Of a stretch of DNA of 64,000 nt, positions 1 through 11,448 are shown one piece after another. The DNA is from Marsupella aquatica (Eukaryota; Plantae; Marchantiophyta): assembly GCA_973895155.1 (NCBI GenBank), contig OZ316892.1, positions 30,743,702 to 30,807,701 on the forward strand, in the 5' to 3' direction. Position 1 is the stretch's first letter, and every line of letters begins with the position of its first letter. The notes beneath the pieces were generated by a model that was not told the origin of the DNA, did not search any database, and saw only the letters and a program-made list of their open reading frames with translations. Both the position numbers and the translations under genes were made by a program.

Positions 1-198
1 CAGGGCATTCCTTTACATCCTTCTTGATGTCATAGGATAACATTGTCACAACTTGTTCCTCCTCTCTCTTGTTCTTCCCATCCTCCTTTGTCTTCAAAAG
101 CCTTGCTTCATTCAAATCCTTATCAAGAGCCTTTTGATGCTCTTGGGCCTCCAACTCCTCCAATTGTTTCTTCACCAGTCCTCCTCATTTATCTTGGG

Positions 199-2119
199 TT
201 AAAAGAGCTTGGGGTGGTCCCTCCCATAGTCACTATCTTGCTCTGGTGGAACTCCTGATGCCACCTCAGATGTTGCTTTCTCCTTCCTGGCCTTTTTGTT
301 GTGCTCTTTCTCTATTTGACGGTCCTTCCTCCTTGTTGACCTGGTAGACACCTTATAACATTGCTCCTCATCTTCAGGGGTCTCCAAACCAGCCATCTCA
401 TCCTGGTATTCCCAACCTGGGTCACCCTCCGCCTCTCCTTTCTCTTGCCATTCCATACTCAAGTAATTCACAGCAGTTTCTCCCAGTGCTTGAGCTACTA
501 TAGGTGCTACCACTTCTGGTCTCCCTACCATCACTCTTGTTCCAGCTCCAATGAATAGGACAGTTTGCAGTTGTGTGACCCTCTCTTTTACACATACCAC
601 AAAGTAGAGGCGGTATCCCATACCCTTGCTTCTTTTGCTCTGGATAATTGTTTGAATAGTGGCCTGGTTTACCACAATTCCAACAAATGACAACTGCAGT
701 TCTTGGCATCATGGATGCCCCTCCACCTCCCATTTTCTCCATAGGTCTAGGCTGCAACCCTGGCATGAGTTGTGGTGCCATGGGTTGCATAGGTCTCCCT
801 TGCAATGTCCTTGGTCCCACTGAAATCTGGTACACATTCTCTGGTGCATCTTCATAGAAGTACTCCATAGTGTTCACTTGATTCCCTCCTTGAAGCCCTT
901 GCTGGTGATCAGTTATCTCCTCACTCACATATTGCACTTGAGCCGGCCAATTGGGACATTCAGTTGGAATGTGACCAAACTGCCTGCACCTTACACACCA
1001 CACATGAGAACGATTCACTGGCACCTTCCTCCTATCCGGTTGCAACCCTGCAAAATGAACAGACATTCAAGGCCTTCAATTGACTAGTTATCTCCTCCAT
1101 CTTTGCATCCATGCCCTTGTCCTTGGCTGTTGGTGCAACTCCCACCTTTAGATTGACCGGGGTCACCTTCTTGTAGTTCTTGCCACTCTTGCTTGTTGAC
1201 CTCTTCTTTTTCTTTTTCTTTGCCTTTTTTTTCTTTTTCTTCCTCGTCTCATCCTCCTTTGAATCTGAGGTAGAAGTAGATTCAGACTCTGAATTTGAAT
1301 CAGATGACTCCTCCTCCGAACTTGAATCATCACTAGAGCTCTCCGATGAAATTGAAGAGTCATATCTTATCTTCTTCTTCTGACTCTTGGAACTTGAAAT
1401 GTCAGCACTTCAATAGGACTGAGCTGTCTCCACTGCACTATCCAAAGTAGTTGGGTGAGCTTGTCTCATAGAGACCCCCATCTTCTTTGGTAGTGCTGAA
1501 ACAAACTAGGACATGAGCATGCTGGTGCTGGTTCAATCTTCTTGGCCAATCGCTTAAATCTTTGCAAGAACCTCCTTACTGACTCCTTGGTACCCATCCT
1601 CATCTGCCCAATCCAAATCAGGGCTTCAGATTCTTCTCCCACCTTTCTGAACTCCTGCAAAAAGGCCACCTTAAAGGCATCCCAATCATGACGGGTGTTA
1701 ATAGGGAGAGAATTAAACCATGGCCTTGCTTCTCCTCTTAACACCCCTGCCAAAGTTGTCAACATGATCCCACCTTCTCCATTGGCTTGAGCAGTACCAA
1801 CAAAATCCTCCGACCACACATCAACGTCCTCCTTGGGCTTCCCATAAAAAGTCTTATACTGGAATCTGGCCCTTTGAGCAACATTTTATAGATTTGGGTT
1901 TGCCATAACCAAGGCTGCAAGACCTCCCCCAAATCCTTCTTCCTCCTCGGAAAATGAGTCTTCACTACTCCCTTGTGGTGTGCTCTCCTCCTGATGTTGA
2001 TCTCTGAATTCCTCCTCCACTTGTTGTTGGATCTGTAGTAGCTCTTCCTCCAAAGTAGGATGCAGCCCTTCTTCTCTTGCACTCTGACTTACAGTGCGTG
2101 GCATTCCCTTCTCTAACAA
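199..2119 (-). pseudogene. gag: Degraded Ty3/gypsy gag (capsid-like region, Lys/Ser-rich linker, CCHC zinc knuckles), broken by frameshifts and stops
   Basis: ORF pieces 1466-1819 (LRGEARPWFNSL...WDAFKVAFLQEF), 422-1066 (CVRCRQFGHIPTEC, CWNCGKPGHYSNNY, CGMCKREGHTTANC) and 199-693. Same architecture as the gag ORFs at 26174-29182 and 62611-63954. Confidence 0.85.
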
Positions 2120-2184
2120 TCATAGCAATACTTCCAAGTTAGTTGCCCCACCACCAAGCAACCTACCTTGGTCTATCTTAGAGG

Positions 2185-2201
2185 TCCTGACAGCGGCGCC
2201 A
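2185..2201 (-). promoter_or_regulatory. Primer-binding site, tRNA-Asp-like (degenerate)
   Basis: Minus strand reads TTTT-TGGCGCCGCTGTCAGGA directly upstream of gag; it resembles the Athila-type PBS TGGCGCCGTTGCCGGGGA. Confidence 0.75.
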
Positions 2202-2220
2202 AAAACAAGCCATAGCCATA

Positions 2221-5200
2221 TGTCAACAGCTTGCATGAGAACTAATGAGTTATTTACCACTAAATATTTTATAATACTATCCTATAATGTCAACCAGGTC
2301 CTATTAGGGGGTCCTCCTTGGGCATTTATTGCTATCATGTCAAAATACTCACACTCATAGGTAGTTTGGTTTCCGCCACCAGAAATGTAGATTCTGCTTG
2401 AAACTATCTTCAACTCACACTCTCAACTCTCATCCTTCTCCCATAAAACCCAAATATTCATAGCTGTCACCTATGAACCATCTTCCTTCCCTACCCTAAT
2501 CAATGACCTTAGTACTCACTTAAACTTCTTTCATCCCCAAGTCTAACCGATGAGTCTTGACTCACCTCAAGCTCCTGCCCAAGATCTTCAACCACACATC
2601 TCTAGCTTGTGACCAACTCCATGTCTAAGCTTTCTCTTATCACTAATAAATTAAACACTATTAATAACACAACTTCAAAATGCACAATCTTCCACCTCTC
2701 AACTTCAACATAACAAATGCCAAGGCCTTAGATCTTCATCCACTTCTCCATTGGAGCACAATCAACAACCTAGCTTCCTTCAACATAGGTGCATGTACAC
2801 ATCAAGGTGTGGTTTCAAAGTAAAATCATTTTACTACACACACAATGAGGTCCATACATGGCACAAACTCCCCATCCAAGCACTACTCCTCAAGCTAGAG
2901 CAAGTATGTGCAAGAACACAATGGAAGAATGGACATTGGCCTCAAGAAAAACTTCACTTCTTATACAATTCCTACTAGGCTACTACCCCTCTGATAACAT
3001 GGTTAAGAAGAAAGGAATAAAGAAAGTGGAAAAATTAATTTTTTTTGCCTTTGAAGCGGGAAAGAAAAACCTTAAATGCTAAGCAAACCATTATTGAAAG
3101 TCTAACAACCATTCAAGAGATTAAGAGAAGGAAAAGAGGCTCAACCGGAAGAAAGTATTTCTTGGTAAAAGGAAGGAAACCGGACCACGAACCGGAAGCC
3201 GTAAAATTGTCTCTGGACGCTATCAAGAAAATCTAACACCAGGTTCTTGAAGCCGAGGCTACGCTCTTCGTCCTGGGGAAAACCCATAAGCATTGGACTC
3301 CTGACAGTGAGCCGGAATCCCTCTTAAGAACAAACCGGTTTTGCTCTTCTCACACCTCTCAAAGCTGAACAGAGTAAGTTTTGAGCTCCCGAGTGAATAG
3401 GCTTGTCGAAGCAGTAGAGAAAGTAGGCTCTTCCCTTCCGGTTGAGGATCTTGGGTCCGGATTATAGGACCATTCTAGTTTCTGTGAGAGAAAGGTATAA
3501 GAGAGCCTTGACAGACTCGTGTGAGGTGGCAGCCTACTCCTACGCTTGGAGGGAAGGCTGGGGATGTGGAGATTGGCGCTAAGGCCCCCTGTTTTGATAG
3601 TTGTCTACTTCCGGGGCTTGAGCCGGTTTCTGAATCGGAACTGAACTGGTGGCGAACCGGTTTCTGCTATATCTCGCTTGCTGGACGTTTGTTTTTGCTG
3701 AAAGTATGCTGAGATGGAGAAGGTTGGCTGATATACGCGACGGAGTAATTATAGAGGCTTTATTCACTTCTAGCTCCTACCTTCTGCCTTCATCGGTTCA
3801 AATCTATTTGCTACTCCAACTACCAGGCAGTATGAAGAGTGCCAAGAGCAGTCCTTCTTCCAAGACTCAGAGTGGGACTCCAGTAAAGCCTGAAGTACGA
3901 CGTTCAAAGAGGAAGGAGGCTCAGATCACCATGAAGCCCTTGAGACCCCTCATTCCTACTGATGCAATTGAGAAGGAACAGCTCCGAAAAGATCTTACAC
4001 TAATGGGCTGTGCCTCCTTGATGGATCTTACTTGGGGATTTCTGAGTGAAGACATGGTAAGGGAAGTGCTGGCAGGAGTTCCTCCCACAGAATTTTAGAA
4101 GACTGCACGAGCTCGACCAGAAGCTTGGACCAAGGCATTCGTTGGAGAAGCTTTTCAGCTACCAGTTAAAGGGAGTGGCTTCTGCCCCAGAGGAGAGAAT
4201 CTCACAGTGGAATACTTCGGTGGCAAGATGGATGCCAAAGAAGGATGGACCATCAACCAGTGTACTCACAAGGACCTTAGGAACGTGATGGCATTCCTAG
4301 TCCCCCTCATCTATCCAGAGAAACCAAGGAGGGTGATTCTTAAAATAGGAAGTACTATCACTGCTTCCTTCTTCAAAACTAGAGAGGTATCATGGGCTAC
4401 TATCTTCTCAAGTGTTCTAGAGAAGCAGGTCTCCGCCTTGTCCAACAGAGCCCCCACTACTCTCTCCTATTACTTGGTACATCTATACTCTCATGACCAA
4501 ACCTTATTCAAACATGAGAAGAGTGCATTTGGCACCAAGAGCAGCTATGTGAAATATGGAGTCTTGGATCCAGAAATTCAGAGCTTACCAGAGTCTGAAG
4601 ATGACCCAGAGCCGGAAGAGATCGACTTTGTAGGGCCAACCAGGAAGAGGAAGCTCGACAAAATTGAACCGGCTTCTGATCCGACTTCTGAACCGGTTTC
4701 TGACCCAGTTTCCTACCCGATGAGTGGCACTACTACCTCTTCAACCGGTTTTTCACACTCTACCTTACACCATTTTTCTTGTTTATTCAAGGATCTTTCG
4801 GCCATCAAGACCAAGATGGGAATCATGGAACCAGTGCTCTCAAGGCTCTCCCAGGTGACTGGTGTGGCTCCTGCTGACCTTGTGAAGAAAGTGGAGGACC
4901 TGATGAAAGGAGATGAGAACAAGGTCAAGATTGAGCAGCTAGAGAAATCATTAGAGGAAGAGAAGAAGAAGAACTATCATCTTGAACAGTTGCTGCACAA
5001 GGCAAAGGAGAAGACCACAGCGGAGCAACTACTCTTCGATAATATTTCCAGAGCTATGGATCACCTGGAACCCTTAGTAGAAACCAAGGGAGAGGACCTG
5101 GTACATACCCAACTATTCAGGCAGTACTTCATTGATGTTCCCAATACCCTTCTCATGCCCTTAGTCATCCAAATTGCACATGACTATGGTGACAGGGTGG

Positions 5201-6320
5201 AAGAATGCCTCTCTGCCCTCAAGCTTATCCTTGCTTAACTGAAGAAATTCTATGACCTTTCTGATGAGGAGCAGACTCAATTTGCAGAGAAAGTCACTGT
5301 TCCATCTCCACAGGTGACACCAGCAGAAGGATGGGCTGACTCTCCTGATCCTGATATCACTCCTACCATAGTTATATCCAATTTGCCACCCATTCCGACC
5401 TCACCATTTACTACTACCTTTGGAGGTATCACTTTCATGCCAAACCCTCTCAACTCCATTGATCCAGCAGTAGACTCCACATCGGTGAAACCTGATACTT
5501 CAACTCCTGAAGAGTAAAAAGTTATTCCATCCGGAAGTTGAACCGGCTTCCCATCCGGTTTCCCACCCGGTTTTTGATCCGGTTTCGTGTTTGAAGCCCT
5601 ATAAAACTTAGTATAGGAAGAATTAGACTTTGAATTTTTGCTGAGCACTTTATCTCATGGTCTAGTTTCAGACTTTAGCATTACTTTTTACTTTTACACT
5701 TAGGTTAGGAATTGAAGGGGCATACCTCTTCAACTTTTGTTTAGAGGAGACTTGTCCCTAAGTATAAGAGGGAAAGTTTCCACCATTTTACTCAGACTTA
5801 CATTTCACGTTTGAAAGTCTCCTTCTTTGAAGAGAAGTAATAGATTCATAATTTTGGTGATCTATGCTTTGTGTTTGGACATAGTGTGTGACCATTCTTG
5901 CTAGAAAATCTATGGAAAGTGACTAGCAATGTCATAGTTAACCTTTAGGCTGACTGGAAATGTATGCCTGAGACCATGCAAAGGTCTAAAGATTCATGTT
6001 GACTATTGAATACTTATGGCTTATTAAGTATTAGTGTAAGAAGCACCATACGAGAACTCACAAATTGCGTAGTCCTAAAAGAGCAATCTGAAGGATTGAA
6101 TAGAAGAATAAGTTAGTTCGGAGTAATCAGTACCACCTTTGCCTTGACATAGGTCAGAAAGTTAATATGGGCTATTTTATATACATCTTTTACAAATTCT
6201 TAGATGGTTGGCTTTAAAGATGAGCTTTAGGCATCAGCCTAATTTAGTCAGACTCTCTGTTGACTCTTAATCATGCCTAACTTAGTCATAGATTGCTAAG
6301 TGGTGAGAGGAGATGAGACA
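2221..6320 (-). mobile_element. Putative ~4.1-kb 5' LTR of the leftmost gypsy element; contains an ORF
   Basis: Starts TGTC (2221) about 20 nt from the PBS, with the same CA-TATG...TTTTTGG spacing as at 30541-30551, and ends GACA (6320). The partner LTR and TSD are outside the window, so the right boundary is inferred. Confidence 0.55.
3832..5517 (+). pseudogene. Retrotransposon accessory protein (PMD-like N-terminus plus coiled coil) with two in-frame stops; antisense to gag and inside the putative LTR
   Basis: ORFs 3649-4098, 4207-5238 and 5314-5517 are all in one frame (TAG at 4096, TAA at 5236). LRKDLTLMG...RARPEAW...GW...C...FLVPLIYPE...SWATI aligns by eye with the 20736-22826 protein (LREDLTTMG...RARPSNW...GW...C...FLSPIFHPE...NWTQI). 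Confidence 0.75.
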
Positions 6321-6413
6321 TTTAAGGCTCGCCTAATTCTATCTTTACACCTCCGGCTTTTGGTTGTTTTCTTATATTTTTAGAATTAATTATTGCACTA
6401 TTGATGATGCAAA

Positions 6414-8453
6414 TGTAGTATTGCACTAAGGACATAAATCAACATTTAATATCCAAAACTCGGTATTCGATCCCATGGAAGAACAAGAAATGAATGATTT
6501 TTTATCATTTAACACTTATGAATGACTAAGGTCACAAAAACACAGGTTTGAGCCTTTTACTATGATTGCTCAGCAAGACATAGATTTGAATGTTTGCTTA
6601 ACATTGTAAATACAATTAATAAAATGGAAACAAATAACAAAACACAATGAAATCTTGAGGTATGATGAGGGAGTCTGGAAAACACCAAGGTAACTTCTCA
6701 TCAATACTTCATTTAATATGATTTGGGTGGTAAATCCGTAAGAACATTTCTGGAAGGGATTACTATACTAGGATGATTACTAAAATGCCGTCAACACGTC
6801 TCAACTTTTCCTTCCAAAGGTACTCAGAAGAAACTAGTAATCAATCACTTCGATATCCAGTCGGTACTTTGAGTCACGAATAATAAACACCATCATGATC
6901 AAATTGAAGTCATAGGTAATTGGTGAGTAACAATCTTTGCATCCGTGCACAAGCAATGTCATGCCAAAAACTATGCATCAAGAACTCAAGAAGATGGGTT
7001 GTCACCACTTAAGGAATCTATTCCCTCATACTTCTGAGATTCAACTTCATACAAGTAATTTTACTTCAATGATCTAAACTCTCAATCATTCAGACCAAGG
7101 AAGGGAGAAGAATTCCTTTGCATTTGCAAGCTCCATACCATATGAAAACACACGAAAGCTTTGCAAAGGTGATTCCAGTGTTGCAGCACATGCCACAGGC
7201 ACTACTTTATTTCTTCACACTCGAGAATAACACAAATTCTACTTCATATAGGCTAGCAGGAACCCAAGGAGATTGAGATACTGAAAGGACATGCCCTTTC
7301 ATATCTAAAGGGTCTTGAATAAACTTAATGACGGTCATCCTTGAAAAGTGAATGGACACTGCTGAAAGTGTCAAAAATGCAGGGGACTTCTCAAAGCGTC
7401 GAGGTTTGAGCGGACGCTTTGCAAAGCGTCGGTGTTTTTTGGTAAAACTAATAAACAGTGATCTTAATCTAATTTTAACTTCTAAACTAAGAGTTGGAAT
7501 GAGTTGAAACTTTTCTAGGGTACTCTAATACATATAATCTCTATGCTGGCAAAGTTTCAGACTTTTCTGAGATCTCTAAGTGCCTCAAATAAATAGGTAA
7601 AAGTGGTGCAGTGTTATAAAAGTGCGAAAACTAAAAATATTTCTAAGTGTCGAGAACATAGTGGACGTTTCAGAAAGCGTCCAAAACTACAAAGGACTTT
7701 TGTGGACGCTTCAGAAAGCGTCGGCTGAATTTTGAGGTTTGGTCGCAGCGTCTGGCTTCTGGTCTTCAGGCGGGACGCTTCAGTGAGCGTCAGTGTCGAT
7801 GTTGCCTTCGGGGTAGCAGACGCTTCTGTGGGCGTCGCTCCTCATGTGGATTGCAGAGCGTCAGAGTACAACTGGTTGGGTGGCGGACGCTTCAGAAAGC
7901 GTCGTGGTCTTGGGTGGACGCTTTTCAAAGCGTCCAAAACTACAAGGGACGCTTCACAAAGCGTCGGCGAAGTCGCGGCTATGCGAAAAACAGCAAAACT
8001 AAATTAATTTTAACTTTCAAACCACATGTCGGTTTGAGATGAAACTTTCAGGGATGATTCTACTATGTAACTACTAACTCCTGAAAACGTATGAGACTTT
8101 TCTGACCGTGAGAACTATTTAACTAAAATAGCAGAGATTGGCTGATTGTGATAATTGTATACAGAGCTCATTCTTGTTGAAGAAGTGTTTTGGAGTCCGG
8201 TTCTTGAATCTTCTAGTCTGCATTGCTTCTCCAATGACATCCAGTCTTCTTTCTTGGTAGCATGTAAAGAGCAAGGATTTATATTGTCGATCCTTGTCCA
8301 ATATAGGCAATAGCCTCCGATGAAGCATAACATTAGGTAAAGTGTTCGGTTGATCTAAATTACTACAAAAGGTAACTAGATTGCACCTTTGAGTTAGAAA
8401 AAGTTTAAAATTTATAAAATTTTCATCATTTCTAACTAATGTACAGCATTACA
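6414..8453 (-). mobile_element. Solo LTR (2040 bp) related to the nested gypsy family
   Basis: TGTAGT...ATTACA termini and a 5-bp TSD GCAAA (6409-6413, 8454-8458). 7410-7790 is clearly homologous to 19450-19830, including the GGACGCTT-N4-AAGCGTCC palindromes. Confidence 0.8.
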
Positions 8454-9173
8454 GCAAACATCACAATACCTGAGGATGTATTAAAAACTCCTTCCACCTG
8501 ACCTAAGCATGTCGGTAAAGGCTTAAAATCTGAGATAGGTTAGTTTAACTATCTCAAAGTATATTAATACAATCTTTTAGGTCTCACAAGCTCCTAACGG
8601 GAACGAATTCTGGTTGTTTAAGAAGGAAGTAATTCATATTTCTTTAAACCCTACTCTACAACCCCACAAAGTCCAAAATAGTGGTGTGCACCAAGGCCCA
8701 AGTCCACAAAGACCAAAGACCAAGGACCAGGTAGTAGATAGCCCACCAAAGACCAATGACCCAAGTAGCTCGGTCTTTGGTGAAGTCTTTGCCACCTACC
8801 TACATAGTTAACTTTTAACTATGGTAATTTCATGTTTTTACCTTTTCTCTAATATCTTGGAAATCTGAAAATATAATGGCTTGAATTATTTTCCTATCCA
8901 TTGCTATAAGATATTTTCCCTATATTTTGGCATTAAAATTTATTTATAGCTATAACTCCTCAACCCTAAGCCAAATTATTATTTTTAGAACATATATTTT
9001 TTTGCCCAAGTAAGGTCTAGTTTTGGGTCGAAGGATTCCTGAAATGGTGTAATCATTTCAAAAATATATATTTTTAAGTCCAAAAACTCCCCATATAAAC
9101 CTTCCCTAACTACTATTTTAACTCTTTATCTACCTTGGACTAAGGGAGAAAGCACTCCACTACTATAAATTTA

Positions 9174-9440
9174 TTGTTTTTTGGTTTTTTAGAGGTCTCA
9201 CACACATATTGGGTGCAAATCTGTTGTTTCCCTTCGTGTTCTTGTGAAAACTTTTATAAGAGGCATACACGAGGGAAACCATTCATGTCTTGTAAACATC
9301 TGTTGTGGGTGTATTTAAAACAAGTTTTCACTCAATTTGGAGAGGGACAACCTTGTCAAACAGCCAATTCTGACTGTTGGGGAAGTGAAGAGTTTAATTC
9401 CGTTACAGATAGGGGACTAGTCGTTTATTGGAGATGCTAA
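9174..9440 (+). pseudogene. SWIM zinc-finger remnant, probably transposon-derived (MULE-like)
   Basis: CSCENFYKRHTRGKPFMSCKHLLWVY matches the SWIM pattern CxC-x(n)-CxH; the surrounding frame is broken. Confidence 0.55.
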
Positions 9441-11448
9441 TTATAGGGTGGTGGGATGGATTACTCGAGGTAGTGGTTTCACAAATACCAATCTGTTTTC
9501 AACTTTAAGATATAAATTACTTGAATCTTGTGGCCAAACTAATGTTCTAGTTCAACTGGTTCATATTTTTGTAATGCTTTACAAACCGAGTGAATCCCCA
9601 TAATGTTAGCGAGGTCCATAATGTTAGATTATATGGTGTTTATGTTCAGTGTTAAAGGCTAGCGATCTCGCTAGTCTTTGGAAGTCTTCAAGATCCAGAC
9701 CAAAACTTTGACTAGGATCTATGTAGTTGAAGTTTGTATGATCAAAACGACGTCAGTATTATGCTAGTGAGATCGCTAGTCTGAGCAATCGAGTTTACGA
9801 TGCAATCTGAGCTATAGTGTTGACGGTAGAGTGCCAGGATGTGTTCTTGGGAGGGAATGTGTTCACTCAAGTTGTTGCAGTAATCCTCTGTTGAATGGAT
9901 TATCTAAAATGAACCTGTAGCAGATTAATCTGAATTGTATAGTTAGTCCTATACTAGCGATATCGCTAGTCTGAGAAGGGTCCATGTTTGTCTCCCAAAT
10001 AAACGACAATCATATTCAAGGGAAATGGGGTAGAAATAAACATACTATGGACAAAATGTCATTCAAGGACAACACACAGAAAAGATAGGAATGCATGAAC
10101 TTTACTTCTTATACATATAATTGAAAGTACATGAGTACATGTCATGCTTTTGAAACTACAAAATTTTGGTAAACCCCACAACCTGACTCTCCACTCAGGG
10201 GCTGGCCGCCTTGTATGCATCGGAGTCAGTGTCTGACTCTGACTCCGAATCGTAATCCAAAGAGGCGAGGCGTTCCTCGGTCCAGTAGTCATGGATCTCC
10301 CTATCAATCCAATACTACTCCTCTTCTGCAAGCCTCTTCCTCTTCGCTACGGCCTCACACTATGTGACATCCACCTTTGGCTTTGGTGGAGACTTTGCGG
10401 CTAGACCTGAGTTTGGAGGAGTTGGTGTTCGCCTCAATGATGATGACGATCCAACCGAATGACCTACTACAGTTGGGACACTGCTATCTGTGGAGACCTT
10501 CACAGTGTTGGCAATGGGTTGACTCTTTGGCGGAGAGTCGTCTTCTAGAGGGCAATCCGTTGCCGGGTTGTAACAACGGACCTCAAGTCGCCATTTCCCT
10601 TGAGGAGGAATGCTTGGAACCCCTGACATGTCTCTGCACTTACGAGAACCAAACAGTGATTAAAAAAATGACATCCGTGAAATGGAAACACTTTTGACGA
10701 TGAAACACTATGAATGCCATGCCTTGTCGGAGAGTTCTTCCCTGAAAAGAGCTCAGAGCCATAGAGCCGCGCGTACTTGAATTAGATCTAGTGAGCGTTG
10801 AGGACTTGAAACACTGATAGCAGTTCCGAATGAACAAGCTCGAGACGGAGGCGGTGGAAGTGATCAGGAGAATGATTCGGAAGACTGGTGGTTTTTGGGT
10901 GATTGGCTTTGTTTAAGTGGACGGTTTGCCTTGGGTTCGCTTCTGGTTTGAACGGTAATTGTCCCGTTCACTCGCAGTGACTTGATTAGTGTCCAAACAG
11001 CCTTAATCCTCCTTGCCTCGACAGTAATGACACGTTGATTCTTGTCACGTGGGAATTGTGCAGTACTTTTTTGTTGTTTCTTTGCCTTGGGTGGGAATTT
11101 TCACATGTGGGAGCCTGTACGTGGAGCCCGTACCTCATGTGAGTGGCTCAATGTGTTGGCGTCATTAGACTAGCGATTTTGCTGGCCTAAAGAAAATGTC
11201 ATTTTGAATGATCGGAAATGGTGGTAAAAACAGGTGTTAAGAGTTGCCTCGTAAAAATGGGTCCACATGTTTTCTTCCAGTGCATTCAAGGGACTAGAAA
11301 ATGCTCATGGTTACGCATTTCTTATGTCATTTTTGTGTCATTATTTAATGATCAAACGGGGTCTTCATGCTAGCAAGGAAGATTCTGGACCTTTTTTGGG
11401 CCCCAATACAAGGGGAAAACTTGCCTGTGCGATCAAAAATTCTACTGT

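Noticed and set aside
7732-8042. Arg-rich ORFs (GRFRKR repeats), also at 19581-20075 and 31550-31977
   Set aside because: They are translation artefacts of the GGACGCTTCAGAAAGCGTC palindrome array.
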